This document shows, piece by piece, positions 51,825 through 63,962 of a stretch of DNA of 64,000 nucleotides. The DNA is taken from contig NIVC01001818.1 in assembly GCA_002269645.1 (NCBI GenBank), forward strand, positions 6,459 to 70,458, in the 5' to 3' direction. The notes under the pieces were generated by a model. That model made no database searches, had not been told where the DNA came from, and was given only the letters and a program-made list of their open reading frames with translations. How positions within the stretch are numbered: the stretch's first letter is position 1; every line of letters begins with the position of its first letter. Origin of the DNA: Macrostomum lignano (lineage: Eukaryota). The translations under genes and the position numbers were made by a program.

Positions 51825-54800
51825 ATGTCAGCCATTGCTGGCGTACCAACATTCTCAGCGTCTGCGGCGGCCATTTCAAACTCTTCGTCTACCAGCCAAT
51901 CAGTGACTGGTTCGAGGCCTCCCGTGCCACTGCTGTCCGCTGTGCCCAGTGCGGCCGGGAGCGCCAGTGCAACTAACTCTCCTCTGCGCTCGCAGCAGCA
52001 ACAGCAGCAACCAACCCAGCAACAGCAGCAGCAGCCTCCCGAACTTGTCTGTCTGACCCTGAAGAATGTCCTGCTACCGCCTGAACGATTGGACCCAGCT
52101 AATAGTCCATCTAGGCTAGATGGCCTGTCCTATTCAGACGAATGGAATTTGCGATACATGGGCTGCGAGCTGATCCAATCTGCTAGTATATTGTTGAAAC
52201 TGCCGCACGTGGCCTGCGCCACTGGCCAGGTGCTCTATCAACGATTCTATTATTCTCGTTCGTTAGTCAGGCATCACTATGAGCACACTGCTATGGCTAG
52301 TATATTTCTAGCCGCTAAAATTGAAGAAGCGCCCAGACGAGCTCGCGACGTTATTAATGTGTTTCATCATATCCGACAGTTTAGGGAGAAACGGTAGGTT
52401 GAACTTCTTGAGTTATATCATCAGGTCGATTTCAACCAGAACCTTTTAAAATCTTCTAAAGACAGACACCTTGAATTCCTTGATAATGGACACTGGAATT
52501 CCCTACAAGGAAGGTCATAAAAGCAGTCGCTATAGACTTCCCTATTAGCCGACCCTATAGAATTCCCTATTAGCAGACCCGATAGAATTCCCTATTAGCA
52601 GACCCGATAGAATTCCCTGTTAGCAGACCCGATAGAATTCCCTGTTAGCAGACCCGATAGAATTCCCTGTTAGCAGACCCTAAAGAATTCCCTATTAGCA
52701 GACCCTATAGAATTCCCTGTTAGCAGACCCTATAGAATTCCCTATTAGCAGACCCTCAACAATTCCCTATTAGCAGACCCTATAGAATTCCCTATTAGCA
52801 GACCCGATAGAATTCCCTATTAGAAGACCCCAAAGAATTCCCTATTAGCAGACCCTCAACAATTACAATTCCCTATTAGCAGACCCGATAGAATTCCTAA
52901 AATTCTCACATGATTCTCCTATCGCATTTCAGGCCGTTCACTCCGCTACCGTTAGACAACAACTATGTAAATCTAAAAAATCAAGTCATCAAGGCGGAGC
53001 GCCGTTTATTAAAAGAATTGGGCTTCTCTGTACATGTACAGCATCCTCACAAGGTAAGCACGTTTCTTCTTTGATTCGCGGTTAGAACACATGTTAACTA
53101 ATTTATACCCAGGCAAATCATAATATTAAACGACATTGCGTCAAATCTGTTAGTCTCTAGGGCTGAAATAGAATTATTCTCAGAAAACCAGCTTGATACA
53201 ATACAATTCCTCCTACTGTCTGTAATCATTGCCTTGTTTACCGCATGTCTTTTCTGGCAAAAGGGTTTTTGGTATCTCCCCCAATCAGTTCTAAATCCCA
53301 CCTGATCCTGTTTATCAAATTGTACTATATGGACTGAGCCAGTTACCTAAAACTCCACTAAGCCAGTTTACCTAAAACTCCACTAAGCCAGTTACCTAAA
53401 ACTCCACTAAGCCAGTTTACCTAAAACTCCACTAAGCCAGTCACCTCAAACTCCACTAAGCCAGTTACGTCAAACTCCACTAAGCCAGTTAACCTAAAAC
53501 TCCACTTAGCCAGTTACCTAAAACTCCACTTAGCCAGTTACCTAAAACTCCACTTAGCCAGTTACCTAAAACTCCACTAAGCCAGTCACCTAAAACTCCA
53601 CTTAGCCAGTTACCTAAAACTCCACTTAGCCAGTTACCTCAAACTCCACTAAGCCAGTCACCTAAAACTCCACTTAGCCAGTTACCTAAAACTCCACTAA
53701 GCCAGTTAACCTAAAACTCCACTTAGCCAGTTACCTAAAACTCCACTAAGCCAGTTACCTAAAACTCCACTTAGCCAGTTACCTAAAACTCCACTTAGCC
53801 AGTTACCTAAAACTCCACTAAGCCAGTTACCTGAAACTCCACTAAGCCAGTTACCTAAAACTCCACTAAGCCAGTTACCTAAAACTCCACTAAGCCAGTT
53901 ACCTAAAACTCCACTTAGCCAGTTACCTAAAACTCCACTAAGCCAGTTACCTAAAACTCCACTTAGCCAGCTACCTAAAACTCCACTAAGCCAGTTACCT
54001 AAAACTCCACTAAGCCAGTTAACCTAAAACTCCACTTAGCCAGTTACCTGAAACTCCACTAAGCCAGTTAACCTACGAGCTTCACTAAGAATTTGATTTA
54101 ATTATCAAGTTGCGCAAATCAATTTTCAAGTCTTCAAAGAGCGCCTCGGTCGCGGATAAATCAACCAAGTTATTATATAAAATGGTAAAATGCTATATAA
54201 AATCGGAACAAAAGTGAAGTTCCGTTAAAATATTTTAATAGCCTTAATCCTACACTACACAGCTTTTGATATTAAGTGACTGATTACAATTTCCATGATA
54301 AATGATCGGTGTCTGTATCGCAAAACGCTAACCTGCTTGCCCTCTGTTGCCTTTTTATGGCGACTCGTTTCGTCAAAAATTTCAGCTGATCCCAGTTTGG
54401 CTGAACTGGCTACAGCTGGATGACAACCAGCAATTGAGACAATCTGCCTGGTAAGTTAGTCTTTGTTTTTTGTTTGCTTTTCTCCTCTGCGAGGTTTAGA
54501 ATTTAATGTTCCATATACCTGAGATTAGTTTAGCCTAAATTCAAAGGTTGCAACCCGTAAAGAACCTGAAGTGGCAGCCAGTAAGAACCCTGAAGGACAG
54601 CCTGTAAGAACCCTGAAGGACAACCTGGAAGAACCCTGAAGGACAGGCTGTAAGAACCCTGAAGGACAGCCTGCAAGAACCCTGAAGTGACAGCCAGTAA
54701 GAACCCTGAAGGACAGCCTGCAAGAACCCTGAAGGACAGCCTGCAAGAACCCTGAAGGACAGACTGTAAGAACCCTAAAGAGACCAACAGTAAGAACCCT

Positions 54801-57800
54801 GAAGGACAGCCTGTAAGAACCCTGAAGGACAGCCTGTAAGAACCCTGAAGTACAGCCTGTAAGAACCCTGAAGGACAGCCTGTAAGAACCCTGAAGGACA
54901 GCCTGTAAGAACCCTGAAGGACAGCCTGTAAGAACCCTGAAGTGACAGCCAGTAAGAACCCTGAAGTACAGCCTGTCAGAACCCTGAAGTACAGCCTGTA
55001 AGAACCCTGAAGTGACAGCCAATAAGAACCCTGAAGTACAGCCTGTCAGAACCCTGAAGTACAGCCTGTAAGAACCCTAAAGTGACAGCTAGTAAGAACC
55101 CTGAAGTATAGCCTGTAAGAACCCCGAAGTTCAGCCTGTCAGAACCCTGAAGTAGTCTGTAAGAACCCTGAAGTGACAGCCTGTAAGAACCCTGAAGGAC
55201 AGCCTGTAAGAACCCTGAAGTACAGCCTGTAAGAACCCTGAAGGACAGACTGTAAGAACCCTGAAGTGACCAACAGTAAGAACCCTGAAGTGACAGCCAG
55301 TAAGAACCCTGAAGGACAGCCTGTAAGAACCCTGAAGTGACAGCCTGTAAGAACCCCAAAGTGACAACCAATAAGAACCCCAAAGTGACAACCAGTAAGA
55401 ACCCCTAAGTGACAGCCAGTAAGAACCCTGAAGGACAGCCAGTAAGAAGCCCGAAGTGACAACCAGTAAGAACCCTGAAGGACAGCCTGTAAGAACCCTG
55501 AAGGACAGCCTGTAAGAACCCTGAAGGACAGACTGTAAGAACCCTGAAGTGACCAACAGTACGAACCCTGAAGAACAGCCAGTAAGAACCCTGAAGTGAC
55601 AACCAGTAAGAATCCTGAAGGACAGCCTGTAAGAACCCTGAAGTGACGAACAGTAAGAACCCTGAAGTGACAACCAGTAAGAACCTGAAAGACAGCCAGT
55701 AAGAACCCTGAAGGACAGCCTGTAAGAACCCTGAGGTGACAACCAGTAAGAACCCTGAAGTGACAATCAGTAAGAACCCTGAAGTGACAACCAGTAAGAA
55801 CCCTGAAGTGACAACCAGTAAGAACCCTGAAGTGACAACCAGTAAGAACCTGAAAGACAGCCAGTAAGAACCCTGAAGGACAGCCAGTAAGAACCCTGAA
55901 GTGACAACCAGTAAGAACCTGAAAGACAGCCTGTAAGAACCCTGAAGGACAGCCTGTAAGAACCCTGAAGTGACCAACAGTAAGAGCCCTGAAGTCACAA
56001 TCAGTAAGAGCCCTGAAGCGACTGCCCCACAGACAGCTAAAATGACATTCGAAGAAATTCGAAGAAACAATTTCAGCGTTTTATTACTACGTTCATTATT
56101 TTGTTATTTTTGCTACATCTTGAAGGGCTGGCTGTACATCACTTTAGTAGATACACTGTCGATCTCTAAAATGTAAGAAGCTGGAAGTCTCTAGAAGATC
56201 AAATAACATTTTTTATAACTGCAAACGCAAGCCGCTTGAAGAATAATCAATATAAATGCAGTTGTCGAGCATAATTCTAACCGTACTCTCCCCCCTTTTG
56301 CCTTTCTCTTTCTCCCCCCTCCCACTTCGATACTACTCAATCCTCGGCTCAGATCTATGCGATCTCTAAGCCAATGAGAGCACTGCTCAGCCTGCAGCAG
56401 CGAGTGAGGTCAGCGGCCGCAGCAGCATCTGTCAGTCAGTCAGTCATCTGATCGGTCGCTACCAAATGAAGCTCGCTCAGCCGTGGCGTGGCGTTTGCGT
56501 TGCGGTCCGATTGGTTGGTTGGTTGGTTAGCCGTATCCTTATATCATTTTACTGTTCAATTTTTTTATTAACCAGCCTTCATTTGTGTGCTTGAGTTCTG
56601 CTTGATGGCCGTAAGATTAGTTGGTATCCAACCGGGATCTGTGGGTGCCCAGAATGTTAGCCAGTGGCCTAATTAGGCACACCTGTGGTTAGCCAGCGGC
56701 CTAATTAGGTACACCTGTTGTCAGCCAGCGGCCTAATTAGGTACACCTGAGGTTAGCCGGCGGCCTAATTAAGTACACCTGTGGTTAGCCAGCGGCCAAC
56801 TACACCTGAGGTGAAACAGCGGTCTAATTAGGTTTACCTGAGGTTAGCCAGCGGCCTAATCAAGTACACCTGAGGTTAGCCAGCGGCCTAATTAGGTAAC
56901 ACCTGAGGTAAGCCAGCGGACAAATTAAGTACACCTGTGATTAGCCAGCGGACAAATTAAGTACACCTGTGATTAGCCGGCGGCCTAATTAAGTACACCT
57001 GTGGTTAGCCAGCGGCCAAGTACACCTGAGGTGAAACAGCGGTCTAATTAGGTTTACCTGAGGTTAGCTAGCGGCCTAATTAAGTACACTTGAGGTTAGC
57101 TAGCGGCCTAATTAAGTACACCTCAGGTAAGCCACTAAAGCCAGCGGCCCAATAAAGTACACCTGAGGTTAGCTAGCGGCCTAATCAAGTACACCTGAGG
57201 TAAACCAGCGGTCTAATTAGGTATACCTGATGTAAGCCAGCGGCCTAATTAAGTACACCTGGTTAGTCAGCGCCCTAAATAAGTACACCAGAGGTTAATT
57301 AATTACCCACGGAGGGTAGCGAGCCAGGATAATTCCGAGAGTCTTGTCGTCAGAGGTTTGTCAAACAGCAGTACTGCCTGTCTGCCTGTCCGAACGGTTT
57401 ATAGGCCTTTGTATCGTTTGTCAGAAGATTTGATTAAATATCACCGGGCTTGCAATGCATTCCTGACACAGATCAGAGACAAGTGATACTCGCGGACTGC
57501 TGTGCAATGCACCATCCCTACGGTCACCCGAGTTGATGATGGACAACGAGACACGTGACTTATTTATTACTTCTACGCCTGTCGTGTTGATTTATATTGT
57601 GCATTAAGATTTTCAGCAGATTTATACAATATCTTTATCAGGGCAGTCGCGGCACTTGATTGCGCGGTGATTTTCTTGTTGCAGCAGAAGGCGGTTTAAT
57701 GGAGATCAACACACACCGTAGTCTAAAGCGTGCTGGACCACCTGGACAACTGTTGTTAAGTTTGTCTTTGACATTATTTATATTATGAACTTTACGAGTA

Positions 57801-59458
57801 AAAGAGAGAATATTTATGGCTTTATATACCATAGAAATAAATAGGTTTAAGTTTTGCCCGTTTGAAAACGTTACCGTGACCAAAATTGCTAAATAGTCAT
57901 TGGCGAACAACTTCCTGGTGACTTGTGATTGCGATGGAGTCGCTAGCGCTGATCACGTGAGTTGCAAAATCGTCATCTAGAGTCCCTTCCTGTTTTACCT
58001 GTGTTACCTGGGGGCGACGCAATTAAGTGACTCTAAGAACGCTTCTTGGCCTAGGTACCATTTTTATCGGGTCCATACTACTAAGACTAGTTAACAGTAT
58101 AATAAGGTTACCTAATCTTTAAGCGTATCATGGTTTTTGTTATTTAGAAATCTAAATTTGTTCATTGAACCACAATTTGCCAATAAATATACAAGTTCAG
58201 TGGCTCACAAAATGGCTACTAAAGTGTTTTAGTTTACTAGAAAAACCAAACAGTCAGAAATTGCAGGTTTAATTGTTTTTTTCTTTTATTTTGTTTTCTA
58301 ACTTGGCTTATTGATGTAAAACCATTTGTTGAAATTTGAATCAATTCTAATATGATGATGACAGCCCTTCAAGTGTAGCAATGCAAAATATTTATTATAA
58401 TTATCAGTATGTTCATTTCTATTTATTGAATTATAACAGTAGAAGCCATCTGTCACTACTGTATTTGGCTTACATTGAAACAGGCTTATAAATATAGACT
58501 CTAGTAGTTATCTAATTTGCAAATCAATCCATTGCCTTGGTAAGTTTCCTAATAAATTTCTTGAATTCCTGCTTCTACGGTGCCTTTTAATATTTTATTG
58601 GAACTTCTCGTCCGCATTCGCAGGAACTACATGAACGACAGTTTCCGAACGCACGTGTTCTGCCAATACAGTCCCGAGCAAGTCGCCTGCGGCTGCATCC
58701 TGTTATCGGCTAGGAAGCTGCGCGTGCCGTTGCCAGACGATTGGATGGAGCTATTGGACTGCTCCTACGAACAGTCTGTGGAGATTTGTCACACGCTGTT
58801 GAATCTGTACGCCAGGCCGCCCATTGACTGGTCGGCAGCTGAGGCCGCTGTAGTCGAGGCTAAGAAAGGCATGGACCGAGCGAAAGCTGCCGCCAAGTCT
58901 GCCGGAGCCGCCAGCGGCCAACAGCAGCAGCTTAGCGGCCCAGATTCCGCATCCGGCACGCCTGTTGGAGTCAGCTCACCGGCAGTTGTTGCTTCATCAT
59001 CTACTGCCGGCGCCGACTCCAAGTCGCAGAAACGATCCGAGTTTTCTCCCCGACAGCAGCACAAATCTTCGTCGAAAAAGTCTTCGTCGATGTTGAAAAA
59101 TTCTCGACGAAATAGACACCGCGGAGACGACGAAAATGGCGGCGCTGACTCCGACGACAATGACGCTGGCGCTGCAGCTGCTGGCAGCTCCTATGACGAA
59201 GCTGACGAGAATAGCCGATCGAGGTCAAGGTCGCGTTCAAGGTCAAGGTCGCGAACGCGATCTAGGTCGAGGTCGTTCTCCCGCGATCGACGCCGGCGGC
59301 ATCGACGACGCGATGGCGGCGGCGGCGGCGGCGGCGGCCAGAGAGACTCTCGCGGCGTGCAGCAGCATCGGGGGAAGCGGCGGCACCGGGACCGACCAAA
59401 CGGTCATGGCGGGGGCGGCGGCTACGGCGTTCCGGCGGCTCACAAACGGCGGAGATAA
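51825..59458 (+). CDS. CCNL: Cyclin L, ~529 aa. Exons 51825-52393, 52933-53053, 54386-54450, 58624-59458
   Basis: Cyclin-box motifs ([35 protein letters not shown]; [26 protein letters not shown]; SAW|NYMNDSFRT) joined across GT..AG introns with matching phases. C-terminal RS domain. Start codon could alternatively be 51807. Confidence 0.95.
52485..52900. repeat. Minisatellite, 25-bp unit CCCTATTAGCAGACCCGATAGAATT
   Basis: Directly visible in cyclin L intron 1. Confidence 0.92.
53337..54076. repeat. Minisatellite, 24-bp unit AGCCAGTTACCTAAAACTCCACT(A/T)
   Basis: Directly visible in cyclin L intron 2. Confidence 0.95.
54555..56030. repeat. Minisatellite, 23-24-bp unit GTAAGAACCCTGAAG(G/TG)ACAGCCT
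   Basis: Directly visible in cyclin L intron 3. Confidence 0.95.
56660..57295. repeat. Minisatellite, ~32-bp unit GCGGCCTAATTAAGTACACCTGAGGTTAGCCA
   Basis: Directly visible in cyclin L intron 3. Confidence 0.92.
57315..57486 (+). other. CCNL: Candidate alternative (poison/truncating) exon of cyclin L
   Basis: Acceptor ..TTAATTACCCACGGAG|GGTAGCGAGCCAGG. Joined to exon 54386-54450 it reads [12 protein letters not shown]...RDK*, resembling recalled vertebrate short-isoform tails (W-VASEGK, W-VVHDGKS). Confidence 0.55.
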
Positions 59459-59795
59459 ACATCCGTCAGGTGGACAGAGTTCTGTTTGAGTTGAGGCTGT
59501 AGTTTTCTTCAACTGCGTGTAAACTGGCATTTTGAGGCTAAAAAAACAAGCGCAAGGTTTCAGTAATCAATTGACAGGCCCGAAGTGTGTCAGGCTCTGT
59601 GTCTCTGTCTCAATATGAAATTCTTATTTCTACAAACACATTTTTATCTACTGACAAGGATATGCGCGTGCCCATTGTATCACTAAACTGTGTTTGCATT
59701 TTTGTTCGATGTATGTACATCTGCAGATTGTAACCATTAATATCGAAAAAAGCAATGATAATTATTGTTAATTACTACAGAACCACAGACTAAAT

Positions 59796-60193
59796 AACTA
59801 AATGGGCCACTCAGCACATTTGCGTGCAAGCTACTTTCAGTTCAGTAGTAAGTTAAATAGAAGCATTTTAATGTATTTTTACAGACGGCTCATTTATTGG
59901 CTCTCCCCCCCCCCCCCCAGCTTAAACCCTCCAACCGCCCGCCCCAATTTTTATTGCCTTTCTCGGAATTCCAGCCTAAAGCTGCCATGTACATTTCAGT
60001 GGACTGGCTAATTTACATCATTGCTGAACCAATTAGCAAGTTGTTTACGCCTGCAAGCTTGGGTCTTCTAAACTTATCAAAGTCATTTCAGCTGCCTTTA
60101 TTTTTATAAAATAGCTTATGTATTATTTGCTAATGAACTGAAAGTTGAAAGCTGTTTTACGAAGTATATTATGCCTGAGTGGCCCATCTAGTT
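59796..60193. repeat. Element bounded by 19-bp inverted repeats
   Basis: AACTAAATGGGCCACTCAG / CTGAGTGGCCCATCTAGTT (1 mismatch). No clear TSD. Confidence 0.5.
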
Positions 60194-60952
60194 TGCGTTG
60201 GAAAAAATGCGCAAAAATTGCTCTATCAACAAATAGAATCGTATTGGCCTTGTTTTTATACTCTCGCGGAATTTGTTAATACGATTACTTTCGTTTTTTA
60301 ACCAAAACGTAAAAAATGATTCCGATTCTGTGTAATCTTCAATTCAACTTTGTTCTATGTAAGCCAGTGTACTCGGCGTGCGTGTGTTGTACGTACTACT
60401 GACAGTAATAACTGCTAATTAATTAACTGAGTGTTATACTTGTATTCCGAAAATGTAACTTGTCTGTCTGTTATTTTAGGCTTGCATACGTTGATGCAAA
60501 AAAGCTGTGTTCTAATTTATAAAAAAATAATCCGTCATTGCTACTTCTAAGTAGGTATAGTGTGTCTCTGCCTAATAGTATCTTTTAAAAATGTAAACAT
60601 TTTAATTCTGCTGACTGCCTTTCTGTACGATATAAAAACTCTGTGTACTAGATATGAATAATACAACATTTCATCCGTTGGAACCTTAATAAAACATGAG
60701 TGTACGTCAGTTCAATCTCTGTCTGTCAGCAAGGTTGAACTTGATTCTAAGAAATGATATATTTTCTGTATAAAATAGTTTGTGTATTAGTAGTTCCTTA
60801 TTTTTAAAGATTCACAGACTCTAGCAGCATTCAAGCTTATTATAGTTTACTAATAGCAATAGCTGGAAAACTGGAAAGGCTTCTATAGAATAATAACTAC
60901 CATTTTTCTTAACTTTTTAACTATTTCTGCCTATCGCCCACCGTAGCCTACT

Positions 60953-61195
60953 ATGAGTAGCACTCGACAGACGCCGAGCGATTTCCTTAAACAAATAATC
61001 CACCGTCCGGTTGTTGTTAAATTAAACTCTGGTGTCGACTATCGCGGCGTCCTTGTCTGTCTGGATGGCTTTATGAATATTGTGCTAGACCAGACCGAGG
61101 AGTACATCAATGGTCAGCTCAAGGCCAAGTATGGTATCGCTTTTCTTCGCGGCAACAATGTGTTGTACATCAGCGCCCAAAAGCGCAAGGCTTAA
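60953..61195 (+). CDS. LSM6: U6 snRNA-associated Sm-like protein LSm6, single coding exon
   Basis: MSSTRQTPSDFLKQIIHRPVVVKLNSGVDYRGVLVCLDGFMNIVLDQTEEYINGQLKAKYGIAFLRGNNVLYISAQKRK matches the LSm6 sequence pattern. AATAAA signals at ~61306-61316. Confidence 0.97.
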   Translation: MSSTRQTPSDFLKQIIHRPVVVKLNSGVDYRGVLVCLDGFMNIVLDQTEEYINGQLKAKYGIAFLRGNNVLYISAQKRKA

Positions 61196-62464
61196 TCGTG
61201 TTTAACTTAGGGGGGGCTGGGTTTGTTTATATAACTCGACACCGTTTGAGAACTTTTTATTTGTTAAATGCATTTAATTAGTGCAAGTATATCTCTATCG
61301 TTACTAATAAATAAAATGAAATCACGTTTTCTATATGTAATAAACGATTTAAATTTCAACAATACAGTCTTCTGTCAGACAGTTTTTTAAGAATTCATTT
61401 AGCAATTATGCGATAGGAGTATAGTAAACTATATTAGCTGAAATGGGTACACAAGTAGTTCTTAAGTGCAGTTTTTCAATTGTTTTGCTAGAAGATTCCA
61501 GAGCAGCTTGTGTAAACCTTAGTCAGCTAACTATAACTATCTTATATTTGTAGTTCCTGATATTTTAAAACGAAAAGTCAGTTGAATATCTTGATGGTCT
61601 CAAATGGTTTCGTCCTTCGTTATTTATATTGAGAATCGCTAAAACATAGGGCCTAAAAACGACTCTTATCTAACGATACTCATAAATCTATTAAATTTGC
61701 TAACCAGAACAGCTAACTAATAAGAGTTTGCTCAGTTCATCATGTGATGCAGCACGCAAGCAAAGGTAAACACGCGATATTTGATCAATAAAAAACAGCC
61801 CGTTAACGCGCTTGCAGCCTCACGAGGTGTGTTTTTTATTTACGCTGAGAAAATAGCCCAGACTAATTAAAAGAGCTACGAAGCTTTCGGTCAAGAAAGG
61901 TTTTTGAAAAAATAACCACAAAAGAAGACTGGCTTAGACGGAGACTGGGATTCGTTTGGTTTAAGAGATAGAAAAAATAAGAACAGTTGATAGTTATTTT
62001 CGCAGCGGGTATCCAAAAAGGCTGCTATTGTCTTTACTCTGCAACATTGCTAAGCAATTTAGCACTGGAACAGTTGAATATCTCTTGGCGAGAGCCTGCG
62101 TACAAGCGAACCGCGTTCTGTCTGCCTATGTGAACGAATCTTGGAACAGCTTAAATACTCTTAAAAAACGAGGCATGGAATGCTAGGCTGACGTTTCTTG
62201 CGCTTCATTTTTCTTATCTTTAAAGAAACAATTCATGCTTCGTGGGCTTGTTAAGTTCATGAACTTGCTTTTTTAAGTAAATCGATTAGTTGTCCGTCTA
62301 CTCTAGAGACCGTCCTCTATGAATTGGGTTCACTTTAGGCCAACGGCATGCAAATTCTTCATTGAAGCGTTAAAATCTAACGTAAAGTACTTTAGTAGAA
62401 CGTATGACTGAGGTGCACTCCAAAAGGCTAACGGAAGCTCGACATCAATGATATTAGATTAGCC

Positions 62465-62660
62465 CCATAGTCAATCAGATCGGTGTCACAATCAGTCAGA
62501 TTGGCGCCAGAGTCAATCAGATTAGCGCCACAGTTGATCAAATCGGCGCCACAAGCGATCAGATTAGCACCACAGTCAATCAGATTGGCGCCACAGGCCC
62601 ACAATTGATCAGATTGGCGCCACAGTCAATCAGATGGGCGCAAAATCAATCAGATGATCA
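62465..62660. repeat. Degenerate 21-bp tandem repeat GTCAATCAGATTGGCGCCACA
   Basis: Directly visible, ~9 copies. Confidence 0.8.
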
Positions 62661-63631
62661 GATCTTTATGCACACAGCACAGGAAACACTAGCTCAATCT
62701 GCAATAAGTTATACAATAATTCTTTTTGACACCTACAGTACATGCCGGTGTGTGTCATAAAATCAATCAGTTTATCTACGAGCGCGTACATGCGTTTATT
62801 ATAAAGTGAATCAGATTTTGTGTATGCAAATATAAAGGATTTATTTATTCACTCAACTGCTCTGCCAATAAACAAACTTAAGTAAACAGGACGCAACGAT
62901 GAAACTCAAAGAAAACAATTTTCTAACCAAACCTACAAAAGCAAAGTAGCAGAGGAGTAAAAAAACTTCGCAGAGAGATACTTCAGTAAAAAAAAAAATG
63001 GTTGGCATCTCATCTACTTCTCAGCCAATAAACAAGCTTTTGCAATCAGCCTACGCTAATTTATTATACTTCTCTATACTCGTACGCGCACTCTATAGAG
63101 TCTGCGCCTCACCACAGCTGTGCGTGAATTTTGCGCCATAAAACAACAGCTGTCTGGTAGCAGATATGAGAGACCAGCAGGCTGTATATATAAAGAAGCA
63201 TAATTCCAACGAAATTGGCGATAAAAACACCGCGTCAAGCTATAGGCAATCTAATTATAATATTATAATGACAACCGAAGCCCCTCAGCATCTGTATGCG
63301 CCGTCTAATAGGGCCGGCACTGAATGTGCAGCAGCGGTGGCGGCAGCTTGCTGCCGCGCGGGACCTTCTGCAGCATCAGGAGCGGCGCTGTTCCGCAGAA
63401 TCGGCTTACTATTCAACCTATCGACGGGGATCGGCGAGGGTCCTGGCAGGAGCTGAGCAACGTAGCTGCGACGGTGCTGGAGATACCTTGCAACGACTGG
63501 AGTTCGTCGTGCTTCGTCCAGTTCGGCGCTGTGCGAGGAGTGCGAGATTAGAAGGTTCCGACCGGCAGACAGGAGTCCCTTTCATACCAGGGCGCATGCG
63601 GAAGCCGTGATGGCAGAGTTTGCCAGGCTGC

Positions 63632-63699
63632 ATGGGGACAGGGCGGCTGCTGCTGCTGCTGCCACTGCTGCTGCGTCTACTGCAGGAGTCTGTCTGCAG
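63632..63699 (+). CDS. Probable first coding exon (signal peptide) of a secreted/membrane protein, 3'-partial
   Basis: MGTGRLLLLLPLLLRLLQESVC followed by an AG|GTGAGA donor. The gene continues beyond the window. Confidence 0.55.
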
Positions 63700-63809
63700 G
63701 TGAGAATTGCTTTAATAACTCTGCACTACTCTTAAATCTATAATAAAATCTGGCTCCTGTCTATCAGTCCATTTTTTATTCAATCTCTGTCCGCTGCTCG
63801 TATGCCTTT

Positions 63810-63841
63810 ATATCTATCTATCTATCTATTTATCTATCTGC

Positions 63842-63872
<31 letters not shown>

Positions 63873-63895
63873 CTCTATATCTATCTGTCTGTCTA

Positions 63896-63930
<35 letters not shown>

Positions 63931-63962
63931 GTCTGTCTGTCTGTCTGTCTATCTGTCGCTGT

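Noticed and set aside
54525-56070. Multiple minus-strand ORFs ([10 protein letters not shown] repeats)
   Set aside because: Translation of the 23-24-bp minisatellite antisense to a cyclin L intron.
58789-59530. Antisense ORFs over cyclin L, and likewise over the channel (22477-23220), the Ig-receptor tail (33840-34231) and the ferlin exons
   Set aside because: Shadow ORFs of GC-rich coding exons on the opposite strand or in other frames.
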